Assembly (NCBI GenBank): GCA_035516595.1
Contig: DATJAE010000273.1
Coordinates: forward strand, 5,015-69,014
DNA: 64,000 nucleotides
Origin: Kofleriaceae bacterium
GTDB taxonomy: Bacteria; Myxococcota_A; Polyangia; Haliangiales; Haliangiaceae
Reading direction: 5' to 3'
The position numbers and the translations under genes are program-made. The notes under the pieces are model-generated. The model saw only the letters and a program-made list of their open reading frames with translations, searched no databases and was not told the DNA's origin. Below, in pieces: positions 23,259 through 32,848 of this stretch (the first letter of the stretch is position 1; every line of letters begins with the position of its first letter).

Positions 23259-23294
23259 CGCTTGCGCGATCGCGCAAGCGCTTGCGAGCGATCG
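23259..23294. repeat. 22-bp perfect palindrome overlapping a second 14-bp palindrome in an intergenic region
   Basis: CGCTTGCGCGATCGCGCAAGCG (23259-23280) equals its own reverse complement. CGCAAGCGCTTGCG (23273-23286) is also palindromic and shares an arm with it. Confidence 0.6.
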
Positions 23295-23374
23295 GCCGGG
23301 GTCGATGTCGTAGCCGCGCCGCCGCCGCACGCCATCGATCGAGCGGGCGCCGCGAGCTTCGCGCGCCGGATCCG

Positions 23375-24442
23375 CTAGCGACTGGTCGTGCCGCTCGCCG
23401 AGCTCGCGCTGCGCATGCGCTCGTGGACGACCGCGCTCGACGCGACACACAGCCTGAGCTTCGGCTCGTCGCCGTCCGGATCGAGCGCCTCGCCGCCGGC
23501 GACCGCGACGCGCATCCGGCGCTCGACGCACGCGGTCTTGCCGTGCGGCCGGCCCATCAGATAGATCGGCCGCGCCGCGACCGCGATCGTGTGGCCGCCC
23601 GCGCTCGACAGCATCGTGCCGGCCGGGATGTAGTCGTGGTCGCGGAGGTCGAGCACGCCGAGCCCCGAGGCGTCGTCGCCATCGTCGTCGTCGGCCTCGA
23701 CCTCGCGCACCGCCTTGCTCGGGGCCGCGACCTCGAGCGCGACGCAGCCGGCGTGCATCGCGAACAGCGTGGTGTCGCCGCGGCGCTCGATCGAGCCGGC
23801 GCGCCCGGCGAGCTGGAACGTGCGGCCGGCGAGCTTGACCGGCGTGTGCGGCTGAAGCTCGTACTCGCGCTCGTCGAGCGAGGTCACCGGCTTGGCGCGA
23901 TCGGGGACGTAGGCGTGACCGACCGCGCTCGCGGGCAGCGCGACCGCGATCTCGGCGCCGCGCATCGCGATCACGTACGTGTTCTCGGCGGTCGGGACCA
24001 GCGCGACGCCGGGGCGCAGCGCGATGCTGGTGCCATCGGGGAACGTCGTCGCGAACGGCGCGGCGAGCACCGGCGCGAGATCGGCGCGGCGGACGAACAG
24101 CCGCACCCGCGCGAGGTCGTCGGTGGTCTCGAGCCGCGACCACGTACAGTCGCGCTCGCTCGCGAGCTCGACCTCGACGAAGTCCTTGCCGGCCGAGACC
24201 ACGTGCATCGGCACGACCTCGCCGACCGAGTCCTTGCGCGTCGCGGCGAGCTTGGCGACGTGCAGCGCCTGGCCGGCGTCGCTCGGTTCGGTGTAGAACG
24301 TCGCGTCGCTCCACACCAGCACGTTGCCGCGCAGCGCCTCGTTCTCGGCGGCGCCGCTCGGCTCGAGCCGCGACTCGGCGAGCGCGCTGCCGCCGAGCAG
24401 CAGCATGATCATCACCACCGGCGTCTTCACGGGCGGAGTCAT
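23375..24442 (-). CDS. secreted hypothetical protein
   Basis: An internal ATG at 24442 in the long tracked ORF gives the signal peptide MTPPVKTPVVMIMLLLGGSALA. Upstream of it, the tracked ORF is antisense to the kinase gene. Confidence 0.65.
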   Translation of the reverse strand: MTPPVKTPVVMIMLLLGGSALAESRLEPSGAAENEALRGNVLVWSDATFYTEPSDAGQALHVAKLAATRKDSVGEVVPMHVVSAGKDFVEVELASERDCTWSRLETTDDLARVRLFVRRADLAPVLAAPFATTFPDGTSIALRPGVALVPTAENTYVIAMRGAEIAVALPASAVGHAYVPDRAKPVTSLDEREYELQPHTPVKLAGRTFQLAGRAGSIERRGDTTLFAMHAGCVALEVAAPSKAVREVEADDDDGDDASGLGVLDLRDHDYIPAGTMLSSAGGHTIAVAARPIYLMGRPHGKTACVERRMRVAVAGGEALDPDGDEPKLRLCVASSAVVHERMRSASSASGTTSR

Positions 24443-24493
24443 ACGTAAGTCGCGGGTCGGCCGCCACAACAATCGACCTGGTATGGTCGGCCC

Positions 24494-25489
<996 letters not shown>

Positions 25490-25609
25490 CCACGGGGCCC
25501 GGGGCTCCGCTCGCCGCGACCTGTCGTGCGCAGCGTGCCGCTCCGGCCGCGTGACGCGCTCGGGCAACGCGGCGACATCGCTGGTGCGCGCGCCGGCACG
25601 CGTCTTGAG

Positions 25610-26299
25610 ATGAGCCCGCGCGTGACCAAGTTGTGGCCCTGCCTCCTCGTCCTGTCCGCGTGCATGGTCGGCGAAAGCGAAGACGGTTCCGATAGCCCGG
25701 TGCCGATCGTCGACGACTCGCTCAAGGAATCGGTCCACGCGATCGCCACGATCTCGTACGCGCCCAACTCGTACGTGATCGGCAACGCGTATCCCGGGTG
25801 GACCGACGTGATCCAGGGCGACGCGCAGTTCTCCGCCGGCCCCGGCAACGAGGGCGGCGCGTACTACCGCTGGGGCTACCTCTACGGCGAGAACTTCGAT
25901 CGCTGCGCGTGGATCGACGACGGCGCGGTCAGCGCGACCACGTCGCATCACGGTTCGAACGTGTGCGGCTCGCCGCAGGAGATCGATACGCCGAAGTTCA
26001 TGTCGACGTTCACCGACGGCATCCACAACCAGCTCGCGGGCGACGGCTCGGTGACCCACATGCAGTACGACGGGTCGGGCTGCACCGACAAGAACGGCTA
26101 CGGCAACGTCGAGCCGTGGCGCGTGCCGGCGACGCCGGCCAACCCGCTCGGCCCGATCCCCGACGGCAAGGAGCTGCGCTGGCGCTACGTGTCGCGCGAC
26201 GGCAAGTGGGTGCTGGTCCGCGATCCGGCGCCGGAGTCCGGCAAGCCGAACTGGTACTTCGTGCACCGCGGCTGCGTCAGCGTCGCGAACGTCGATTGA
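25610..26299 (+). CDS. hypothetical lipoprotein
   Basis: The ATG at 25610 gives MSPRVTKLWPCLLVLSACMVG (lipobox). Coding-type codon bias continues to the stop. Confidence 0.65.
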   Translation: MSPRVTKLWPCLLVLSACMVGESEDGSDSPVPIVDDSLKESVHAIATISYAPNSYVIGNAYPGWTDVIQGDAQFSAGPGNEGGAYYRWGYLYGENFDRCAWIDDGAVSATTSHHGSNVCGSPQEIDTPKFMSTFTDGIHNQLAGDGSVTHMQYDGSGCTDKNGYGNVEPWRVPATPANPLGPIPDGKELRWRYVSRDGKWVLVRDPAPESGKPNWYFVHRGCVSVANVD

Positions 26300-26392
26300 T
26301 ACGCCGCTGCGGCGCCGCGGTTACGCGCGGCATGTCTGCCCGATCGGCGGTCCGTCCGAGCGACGGCGTCGCCCGTACTGGCGGCATGCCAT

Positions 26393-26680
26393 ATGGTGGA
26401 CGACGACCTCATCCTGTATGCCGCCCTCGAGCGGGGCGAGCGTGACGCGCTAGGCACGCTCTACGATCGCCACGCCGCGATCGTGTTCGCGGTCGCGCTG
26501 CACCTGGTCGGCGACCGCGCGCGCGCCGAGGACGTGGTGCACGACGTGTTCCTCGACCTGGCGCGCGCCGCCCGCGCGCACGCCCCGATCCGCAACGTGC
26601 TGCGCCATCTCGTGCTGCGCGTGTTCGCTCACGATCTCGGTCGCGGCGGTGGGTTCGGCGGGCGTTCGCGATCGAGATAG
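26393..26680 (+). pseudogene. sigma-70 (ECF) region-2-only fragment, probable gene remnant
   Basis: 95-aa ORF with a clear region-2 look (LGTLYDRHAAIVFAVALHLVGDRARAEDVVHDVFLDL) but no region 4. Its last 52 nt overlap the 3' end of the convergent GST gene. Confidence 0.4.
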
Positions 26681-27273
26681 CTGCGCACGGAAGGGCGCTC
26701 GAGGTTGCGATCGAGCAGCTGCTGGCATGCGCGCGAGATCGAGTAGCCGCCGTGCGCCAGGCGCATCACCGCGAACGCGAGATCGGCGTGGGCCAGGTTC
26801 CAGGGGGTCATCTGGCCGCGTCCGTCGAGCCAGTCGACCAGGCCGACCAGCTCCGCTGCGTGCTGCGCCGCGGTGGGCGACAGCGGCGCGAGCGAGGTCG
26901 TCGGATACACCACCAGCTGCCACGGCCGTTCCTGGCGCAGGGCCCACAGATCGGAGCGCAGCCAGGCCATGACCTGGCGCGCCCGTGCGCGCCGCCGCGG
27001 CTCCTCGGGCAACAGCCGCGGATGCGTCGGGGGCGGGAACACCTCCTCGAGGTACTCGACGATCGCGAGGGACTCGGTGATGAACACGTCGCCGTGCTGC
27101 AACGCCGGGATGCGGCCGATCGCCGCGTCCTCGCGCAGGCCTGGAGGCACGCCCTGGCCGTCGCGCAGCAGCGCACGAGCGATCGTGAACTCGAGCTGCT
27201 TCTCCTCGAGCGCGACCAGGCAGCTCGCGTCCCAGACGTTCGTGAAGTAGCCCTCGACGTACAGGGTGAGCAC
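26629..27273 (-). CDS. glutathione S-transferase
   Basis: 214-aa ORF with an N-terminal thioredoxin-like GST fold (IPALQHGDVFITESLAIVEYLEE) and a helical C-terminal domain. Confidence 0.9.
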   Translation of the reverse strand: MLTLYVEGYFTNVWDASCLVALEEKQLEFTIARALLRDGQGVPPGLREDAAIGRIPALQHGDVFITESLAIVEYLEEVFPPPTHPRLLPEEPRRRARARQVMAWLRSDLWALRQERPWQLVVYPTTSLAPLSPTAAQHAAELVGLVDWLDGRGQMTPWNLAHADLAFAVMRLAHGGYSISRACQQLLDRNLERPSVRSYLDRERPPNPPPRPRS

Positions 27274-27291
27274 CGCGCGACTGTAGCCCGG

Positions 27292-27600
27292 CTAGGTCCG
27301 GGTCGGCTCGCGCTCCTCGCCGACGATCAGCTCGCGCAGCGCGACGTAGAGCAGCGCGCGGGTCTCCTCGAGCGCCCGCACCCACGGCGCCCGCGAATCG
27401 CCGAGCGCGCGCAGCTCGGCGCGCAGCTCGCCGCGCATGCCCTCGATCGCGCGCAGGCTCTGTGCGAGCGAGCGCTGCTGCTCCTCGTGCAGCGCGTGCA
27501 GCGCCGCGAGGTTGGCCTCGAGCAGGTCGCGCAGCTCGTGGCGCTGGCTGCGCGTGGCAGGGCGGTTGTGGTGGTGAACGGGAAGCGCGGAAGCTTGCAT
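27292..27600 (-). CDS. small hypothetical coiled-coil protein
   Basis: The ORF reaches 27639. I prefer the start at ATG 27600 (MQASALPVHHH...), which leaves a 72-nt divergent intergenic region to the WYL regulator. No recognisable domain. Confidence 0.45.
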   Translation of the reverse strand: MQASALPVHHHNRPATRSQRHELRDLLEANLAALHALHEEQQRSLAQSLRAIEGMRGELRAELRALGDSRAPWVRALEETRALLYVALRELIVGEEREPTRT

Positions 27601-27672
27601 GACCAGAAGGTAGCCATCGGGTCGGACAACCCTTGTCACGGTCGCCGAACCGCGATATGGCTGGAATCACGC

Positions 27673-28683
27673 GTGTATCGCCGCGGTGACCTGGGCCACA
27701 CCTCGCGCATCCTGCGCGTGCTCGACGAGCTACGCGGGTTTCGCCGCGGCCGCGCGCTCGCCGAGATCGCGCGCCAGCTCGCGGTCAGCGAGCGCACGAT
27801 CCGGCGCGACCTCGCCGACCTGCGCGCGGCCGGGTTCGAGATCGAGGCCGTGCGGCTCGGCGGGCGCGCGGCGGCGCGGCTGGTCGAGCGCACCTACTCG
27901 AGCATCGCGATCACGCGGCGCGAGCGCTACACCCTGCTCGCGGTGGCGAGCCTGTTCGACGTGCTGCGCGGCACGCCGCTGTGGGAGGACGTCGCGAGCC
28001 TCCAGCGCAAGCTCGAGCAGCGGATGAGCCCGGACGAGCGCGCCGAGCACGCGAGCTTCGGCGATCGCTTCGCCTACGTGCCGGACGGCGGGACCAAGGC
28101 GTACGAGGGCAAGGAGGACATCCTCGACGCGCTGCTCACCGGCGTGCTGTCGCGCCGGGTCGTGCGCTACAGCTATCGCGATGCCCGCGGCCGCGCCCGG
28201 CGCGGCCTGCTCGCGCCGTACACGATGGTGCTGTACAAGCACGGGCTGTACGTGATCGGCTGCGCGCTGCGCGAGGTCGGCGAGCCGCCGAGCGGGCCGG
28301 TCGCGGTCTACGCGGCCGAGCGCTTCGTCGAGGCCGAGCCGCTGCGCAAGGCGAGCTTCGCGCCGCCGGCCGGGTTTCGCGTCGCGGATCTGCTCGACGG
28401 CGCGTTCGGCATCCACGTCATGACCGACGCGCCGCCGCACCGCGTGGAGATCGAGTTCTCCGCGGCCAAGGCGGCGTTCGTGCGCGCGCGGCTGTGGCAC
28501 CCGAGCCAGACATTTCGCGAGCTCGCCGACGGCCGCGTGCGCCTCGCGTTCCCGTGCGCGAACCTCACGCCGGTGGTGTCGTGGGTGCTCGAGTGGGGAC
28601 CGCACGCCCGCGCGATCGCGCCGCCCGCGCTGGTCGCCGACGTGATCGCCGAGCTCGACGCCGCGCGCGCGGCGTATAGTTGA
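27673..28683 (+). CDS. HTH + WYL-domain transcriptional regulator
   Basis: GTG start at 27673. The N-terminal HTH reads ILRVLDELRGFRRGRALAEIARQLAVSERTIRRDLADLRAAG. A WYL-type block (VRYSYRDARGRARRGLLAPYTMVLYKHGLYVIGC) and a WCX-like C-terminus follow. Confidence 0.85.
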   Translation: MYRRGDLGHTSRILRVLDELRGFRRGRALAEIARQLAVSERTIRRDLADLRAAGFEIEAVRLGGRAAARLVERTYSSIAITRRERYTLLAVASLFDVLRGTPLWEDVASLQRKLEQRMSPDERAEHASFGDRFAYVPDGGTKAYEGKEDILDALLTGVLSRRVVRYSYRDARGRARRGLLAPYTMVLYKHGLYVIGCALREVGEPPSGPVAVYAAERFVEAEPLRKASFAPPAGFRVADLLDGAFGIHVMTDAPPHRVEIEFSAAKAAFVRARLWHPSQTFRELADGRVRLAFPCANLTPVVSWVLEWGPHARAIAPPALVADVIAELDAARAAYS

Positions 28684-28686
28684 ACG

Positions 28687-29640
28687 ATGGCGCGGCGGAT
28701 CGAGGACCACCTCGCGGCGCTGCACCGCGCCGGCCCCGACGAGCTCGAGGTCGTGCGCGCGGCGCTCGCGCATCGCCGCGGTGCGTTCGGCGTGACGATC
28801 GCGGCGGCGGCGCGCCGCGTCGCCGACCACGGCCAGCACGCACTCGCGCCCGAGCTGGTCGCGGCGTTCGCGCCGCTGTGCGGCGAGGGCGCGGCCAGGC
28901 GCGATCCCGGCTGCCGCGGCAAGGTCGCGATCGCGCGCGCGCTGCACGAGCTCGACGTGTGGGACGGCGGCGTGTTCGCCGCCGGACTGCGCGTCACCCA
29001 GCCGGAGGGCGCGCCGCCCGAGGACACCGCGGCGGAGCTGCGCGGCGTGTGCGGGATCGCGCACGCGCACTTCGTGCGGCCCGACGCGCTCGACGTGCTG
29101 AGCGTCCTGCTCGCCGACCCGTGGCGGATCGCGCGGCTCGGCGCCGCGCAGGGGCTCGGCGACTGCGGGCAGCCCGGCGCGGCCGCCGTGCTGCGCTACA
29201 AGCTCGCGGCGGGCAGCGACGAGCCCGACGTGGTCGCGGCGTGCTTCGACGCGCTGCTCCACCTCGCGCCGGCCGAGTCGATCGCGTTCGCGCAGGACAT
29301 GCTCGCCCGCGACGACGAGCGCGGCGAGGCGGCAGCGCTCGCGCTCGGCGGCGCGCGCGCACACGACGCGATCGGCGAGCTCGTGCGCTGGTGCGCGGAC
29401 GCGCCGCCCGAGCGGCGCCGCAGGGTCGGCTATGTCGCGCTCGCGCTGCTCCGCAGCGACCCCGGCAACGCGGAGCTCGTCGCGGCGATCCGCGAGCGCG
29501 GCCGTGCCGACGCGCTCGCTGCGGCGCGCGCGCTCGCGACGTTCGCCCACGATCCGGCGACTTCCGCCATGCTGCGCGCCGCGATCGCCGAGGTCACCGA
29601 TCGCGCGCTGCGCGCCGAGCTCGAGGCCGTCCTCGCGTGA
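28687..29640 (+). CDS. HEAT/ARM-like repeat protein (hypothetical)
   Basis: 317-aa ORF starting 3 nt after the WYL regulator stop. It contains repeated helical units with PBS-lyase/HEAT-like patterns (ARLGAAQGLGDCG, AAALALGGARAHDAI). Confidence 0.7.
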   Translation: MARRIEDHLAALHRAGPDELEVVRAALAHRRGAFGVTIAAAARRVADHGQHALAPELVAAFAPLCGEGAARRDPGCRGKVAIARALHELDVWDGGVFAAGLRVTQPEGAPPEDTAAELRGVCGIAHAHFVRPDALDVLSVLLADPWRIARLGAAQGLGDCGQPGAAAVLRYKLAAGSDEPDVVAACFDALLHLAPAESIAFAQDMLARDDERGEAAALALGGARAHDAIGELVRWCADAPPERRRRVGYVALALLRSDPGNAELVAAIRERGRADALAAARALATFAHDPATSAMLRAAIAEVTDRALRAELEAVLA

Positions 29641-29652
29641 CGCGCGCGCTCG

Positions 29653-29820
29653 TCAATCGGTGCACGGGATCGACGCGAACGCACAGTCGATGCACAGCAG
29701 GCCCTCGCGGTAGCGCGTCTCGATGCCTTCCTGCACCAGGCGCTCGCCGCAGCACGCGCAGCACGGCTCGGTCGGCAACGGTTCGGTGATCTCGGTCTCG
29801 CTCGCAGCGGTCGCGTCCAT
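29653..29820 (-). CDS. small Cys-rich (zinc-ribbon-like) protein
   Basis: 55 aa from the ATG at 29820: MDATAASETEITEPLPTEPCCACCGERLVQEGIETRYREGLLCIDCAFASIPCTD. It has two CxxC pairs. Short ORF, weak support. Confidence 0.4.
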   Translation of the reverse strand: MDATAASETEITEPLPTEPCCACCGERLVQEGIETRYREGLLCIDCAFASIPCTD

Positions 29821-29966
29821 GGATCGGCTCGGTGCAGGCGACATGCCGCGCGCGGCGAGAGCTGGCACCCGCCGGCAGGGTCCGGGCGGTTCGCGTGAAC
29901 AACGCGTGATCGTCGGGCGAATGGTCCAACCACCGTTCAGGCTCGCGGGCGAACGAGGAGGCCGCC

Positions 29967-32120
29967 ATGTCACGACTTCGTGTTCTCGCGCTGTGTGCGC
30001 TTTCCTGCTGCAGCCCGCTGGGCTCGCCACCGCAAGCTCCCGCCGTCGTCGCCGGCGGGGTCGACATCGAGGTCGACGCGAACTTCGCCGCGATGGACGA
30101 GGTCCCGGTCGGCGGCGGCGAGCTGCGCCTGGTCGCGCCGCGCGCCAGCCACGACGACACCGGCGCGCCGGTCCGAGACATCGCGTTCCCGCTGCGCCAC
30201 ACCGACGTGCACGTGAAGGTCGCCGGGATGTCGGCGCTGTACTCGGTGACCCAGACGTTCGAGAACCCGTACGACGACGCGATCGACGCGGTCTACGTGT
30301 TCCCGCTCGGCGCCGAGGCCGCGGTCACCGGCTACTCGATCACGATCGGCGATCGCACGATCGCGGGCGAGCTCAAGCAGAAGGACGAGGCGCGCGCGGT
30401 CTACGACGAGGCCAAGGCATCGGGCCACACCGCCGCGCTGCTCGAGCAGGAGAAGCGCAACATCTTCCGGCAGCGGATCGCGAACATCGCGCCGCACGAG
30501 ACGATCGCGGTGCACGTGCAGTACGCCGAGCTGCTCGGCTACGACGACGGCAACTACGAGCTGGTGTTCCCGATGGTGGTCGGCCCGCGCTATCTGCCGG
30601 CCGATGCGGTCGGCGCGACGCCGGTCGGCGCGCACCTCGCCGGCGAGCAAGGTCGGCCCGGCGTGACCTCGATCCCGTACGCCGACGCGAGCGTCGCGGG
30701 CAGCGCGGTGAGCTTTGCGGCCGACCTCGACGCCGGCGTGCCGATCGGAGAGGTCACGAGCCCGAGCCACAAGCTCGTGGTCGGCGGGACGGATCCGACG
30801 CGCCGCCACGTCGAGCTCGCCAGCAGCGGCGAGCTGCCCAACCGCGATCTGGTGGTGCGCTACCAGGCGGCGTCGGAGCGCACGATGGTCGGGCTGCTCG
30901 CGCATCGCACCGGCAAGACCGGCTACTTCACGCTGGTCGTCCAGCCCAAGCTCGCGTTCAAGACCGGCGACATCACGCCGCGCGAGGTCGAGATCGTGAT
31001 CGACACGTCGGGCTCGATGACCGGCAAGCCGCTCGATCAGGCCAAGGCGCTCGCCGACGTGCTGGTCGACTCGCTGCAGCCCAGCGACACGTTCGACGTC
31101 ATGGCGTTCTCCGGCGCCACCAACGGCATGGCGAACGTGCCGATCCCGGGGGACGCCGCGGGCAAGGCGCGCGGCAAGCAGTTCATCGCGTCGCTCGAGT
31201 CGGGAGGCGGCACCGAGATGGGGCCGGCGATGACGGCCGCGCTCGCGAGCAAGCCGGGCGACGATCGCGTGCGGCTGGTCTACTTCCTGACCGATGGCTT
31301 CGTCGGCAACGACGACGTGATCGTGAGCGCGGCGCGCCACCACGTCGGGATCAACCGGATCTTCTCGGTCGGCATCGGATCCGCGCCCAACCGCGCGCTG
31401 CTCGAGCAGATCGCGACGGTCGGCCGCGGCTTCGCGACCTACCTGAACCTCGACGAGCGCGCCGCCGACGTCGGCGAGGAGCTCGTGCGCAAGACCGCGT
31501 TCCCGTACATCACCGACCTCCACGTCGAGTGGAACGGCCTCGCGGTCGGTTCGGTCACGCCGGCAGCGATCCCCGACGTCTACGCCGGCATGCCGGTCGT
31601 GGTCGCCGGCGTGTACACCGAGCCCGGCCGCGGCTCGGTCACCGTGACCGGCAAGGTCGCGGGCCACCCGGTGCGCATCCCGATCGACGTCACGCTTCCC
31701 GATCGCAGCGACGACGAGCCGGTCGCGGCGCTCTACGCGCGCAAGCGGATCGACGAGCTCGAGGATCTCGCGGGCGACACGATCTCGCACGCTACCGAGT
31801 CGCAGATCACCGAGCTCGGCCTGCAGTTCCACATGGTGACGCAGTACACGTCGTTCGTCGCGGTCGATCGCACGCGCGTCGTCGCGCCGGGCGGCACGAG
31901 CCACGTGGTCGAGCAGCCGGCGCTGACGCCGGCCGGCGTCAACCTGGCCGCGGCGGTGCCGAGCGAAGGCCAGGTCGCGCGGTCCGCGCCGACCGTGTCG
32001 GGCGACTACGGCGGCGGCGGCGGCAGCTGGGGCGGCGGCGGCGGCGATGTCGATCTGCTCACGCTCGCGCTCGGCCTCGCGCTCTTGCCGCTCGGCCACG
32101 CGCTGCGCCGGTGGCGATGA
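29967..32120 (+). CDS. secreted VIT + von Willebrand factor A domain protein with GlyGly-CTERM-type sorting tail
   Basis: 717-aa ORF with a GAGGAGG Shine-Dalgarno and a signal peptide. It has a VIT-like N-terminal domain and a vWA MIDAS motif (VIDTSGSM). The C-terminus GGGGGSWGGGGGDVDLLTLALGLALLPLGHALRRWR combines a Gly run, a TM helix and a basic end. Confidence 0.92.
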   Translation: MSRLRVLALCALSCCSPLGSPPQAPAVVAGGVDIEVDANFAAMDEVPVGGGELRLVAPRASHDDTGAPVRDIAFPLRHTDVHVKVAGMSALYSVTQTFENPYDDAIDAVYVFPLGAEAAVTGYSITIGDRTIAGELKQKDEARAVYDEAKASGHTAALLEQEKRNIFRQRIANIAPHETIAVHVQYAELLGYDDGNYELVFPMVVGPRYLPADAVGATPVGAHLAGEQGRPGVTSIPYADASVAGSAVSFAADLDAGVPIGEVTSPSHKLVVGGTDPTRRHVELASSGELPNRDLVVRYQAASERTMVGLLAHRTGKTGYFTLVVQPKLAFKTGDITPREVEIVIDTSGSMTGKPLDQAKALADVLVDSLQPSDTFDVMAFSGATNGMANVPIPGDAAGKARGKQFIASLESGGGTEMGPAMTAALASKPGDDRVRLVYFLTDGFVGNDDVIVSAARHHVGINRIFSVGIGSAPNRALLEQIATVGRGFATYLNLDERAADVGEELVRKTAFPYITDLHVEWNGLAVGSVTPAAIPDVYAGMPVVVAGVYTEPGRGSVTVTGKVAGHPVRIPIDVTLPDRSDDEPVAALYARKRIDELEDLAGDTISHATESQITELGLQFHMVTQYTSFVAVDRTRVVAPGGTSHVVEQPALTPAGVNLAAAVPSEGQVARSAPTVSGDYGGGGGSWGGGGGDVDLLTLALGLALLPLGHALRRWR

Positions 32121-32848
32121 GGCGGCTCGACTACCCGTGCACGCTCGCGATCGCGGTCGCGGCCGCGATCGCGACCGCCGCGGCGCACGCCGGCGCGCGC
32201 GATCTGCTGATCGCCGACGGCCGGATCGCGCACGGTCAGGCGTGGCGCGCGCTCACCGGGCCGCTGGTCCACGCGACCTGGGGTCACCTCGTGCGCGATC
32301 TCGCGCTCGTGCTGATCGCGGGCTGCGCCTACGAGGCGCCGCTGTGCCGGCAGCGCCGCTGGCTGTTCGGGGCCGGCCTGATCGTGCCCGGCGTGTGCGT
32401 GCTGCTCGCCGGCGAGGCGCGCTGGTACTGCGGGCTGTCGGGCCTGTCGCACGCGCTGCTCGCGGCGGCGCTCGCGTTCGAGGCCGGGCGGCGGCGCGGC
32501 GCGGTGCGCGCGGTGGTGATCGCGCTCGGCGCGGTCGCGGCGGTCAAGCCGATCTACGAGGTCGTCACCGGCGCGCCGGCGTTCCCGATGGACCTCGGCG
32601 GCGTACACCAGACGCCGATCGCGCACGCGATCGGCGCGTGGATCGGCGTCGCGTGCGGGCTCGCTACCTGGAGGTCTTCTTCACCCAGATGTGGTTCAGG
32701 TTGGTCGCGCGGTCCGGCGCCGCGACATCACGACCACCACGATTCCGCGCATCGGTCGAATGCACGTGCCCGAGGGTGCGACCTGGGACGGCCTGTCGCG
32801 ACGAAGGCGCGAATTTCTCCCGCGCGATCCGCGCGATCGCTATGCTGA
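32117..32848 (+). CDS. rrtA: rhombosortase (rhomboid-family intramembrane serine protease)
   Basis: The ATG overlaps the stop of the VIT-vWA gene (ATGA). Visible motifs are WRALTGPLVHATWGHL, the catalytic-type GLSGLSH and a downstream IAHAIGA. The last 58 codons have poor codon bias, so the true 3' end is uncertain. Confidence 0.85.
   Translation: MRRLDYPCTLAIAVAAAIATAAAHAGARDLLIADGRIAHGQAWRALTGPLVHATWGHLVRDLALVLIAGCAYEAPLCRQRRWLFGAGLIVPGVCVLLAGEARWYCGLSGLSHALLAAALAFEAGRRRGAVRAVVIALGAVAAVKPIYEVVTGAPAFPMDLGGVHQTPIAHAIGAWIGVACGLATWRSSSPRCGSGWSRGPAPRHHDHHDSAHRSNARARGCDLGRPVATKARISPARSARSLC

Noticed and set aside
19700-24448. 1582-aa plus-strand ORF, with similar long ORFs at 6692-8449(-), 8400-10475(-), 13264-16068(-), 29723-32116(+), 32047-35121(+) and 46134-47993(+)
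   Set aside because: These all overlap better-supported genes in another frame or on the other strand. Their translations are low-complexity R/A/G/P strings, and codon position 3 is not the GC-richest position in these frames.
26752-27672. N-terminal 300 aa of the 643-aa ORF that contains the WYL regulator
   Set aside because: This part is antisense to the well-supported GST gene and the small coiled-coil ORF. The recognisable HTH begins right after GTG 27673, so the gene is called from there.
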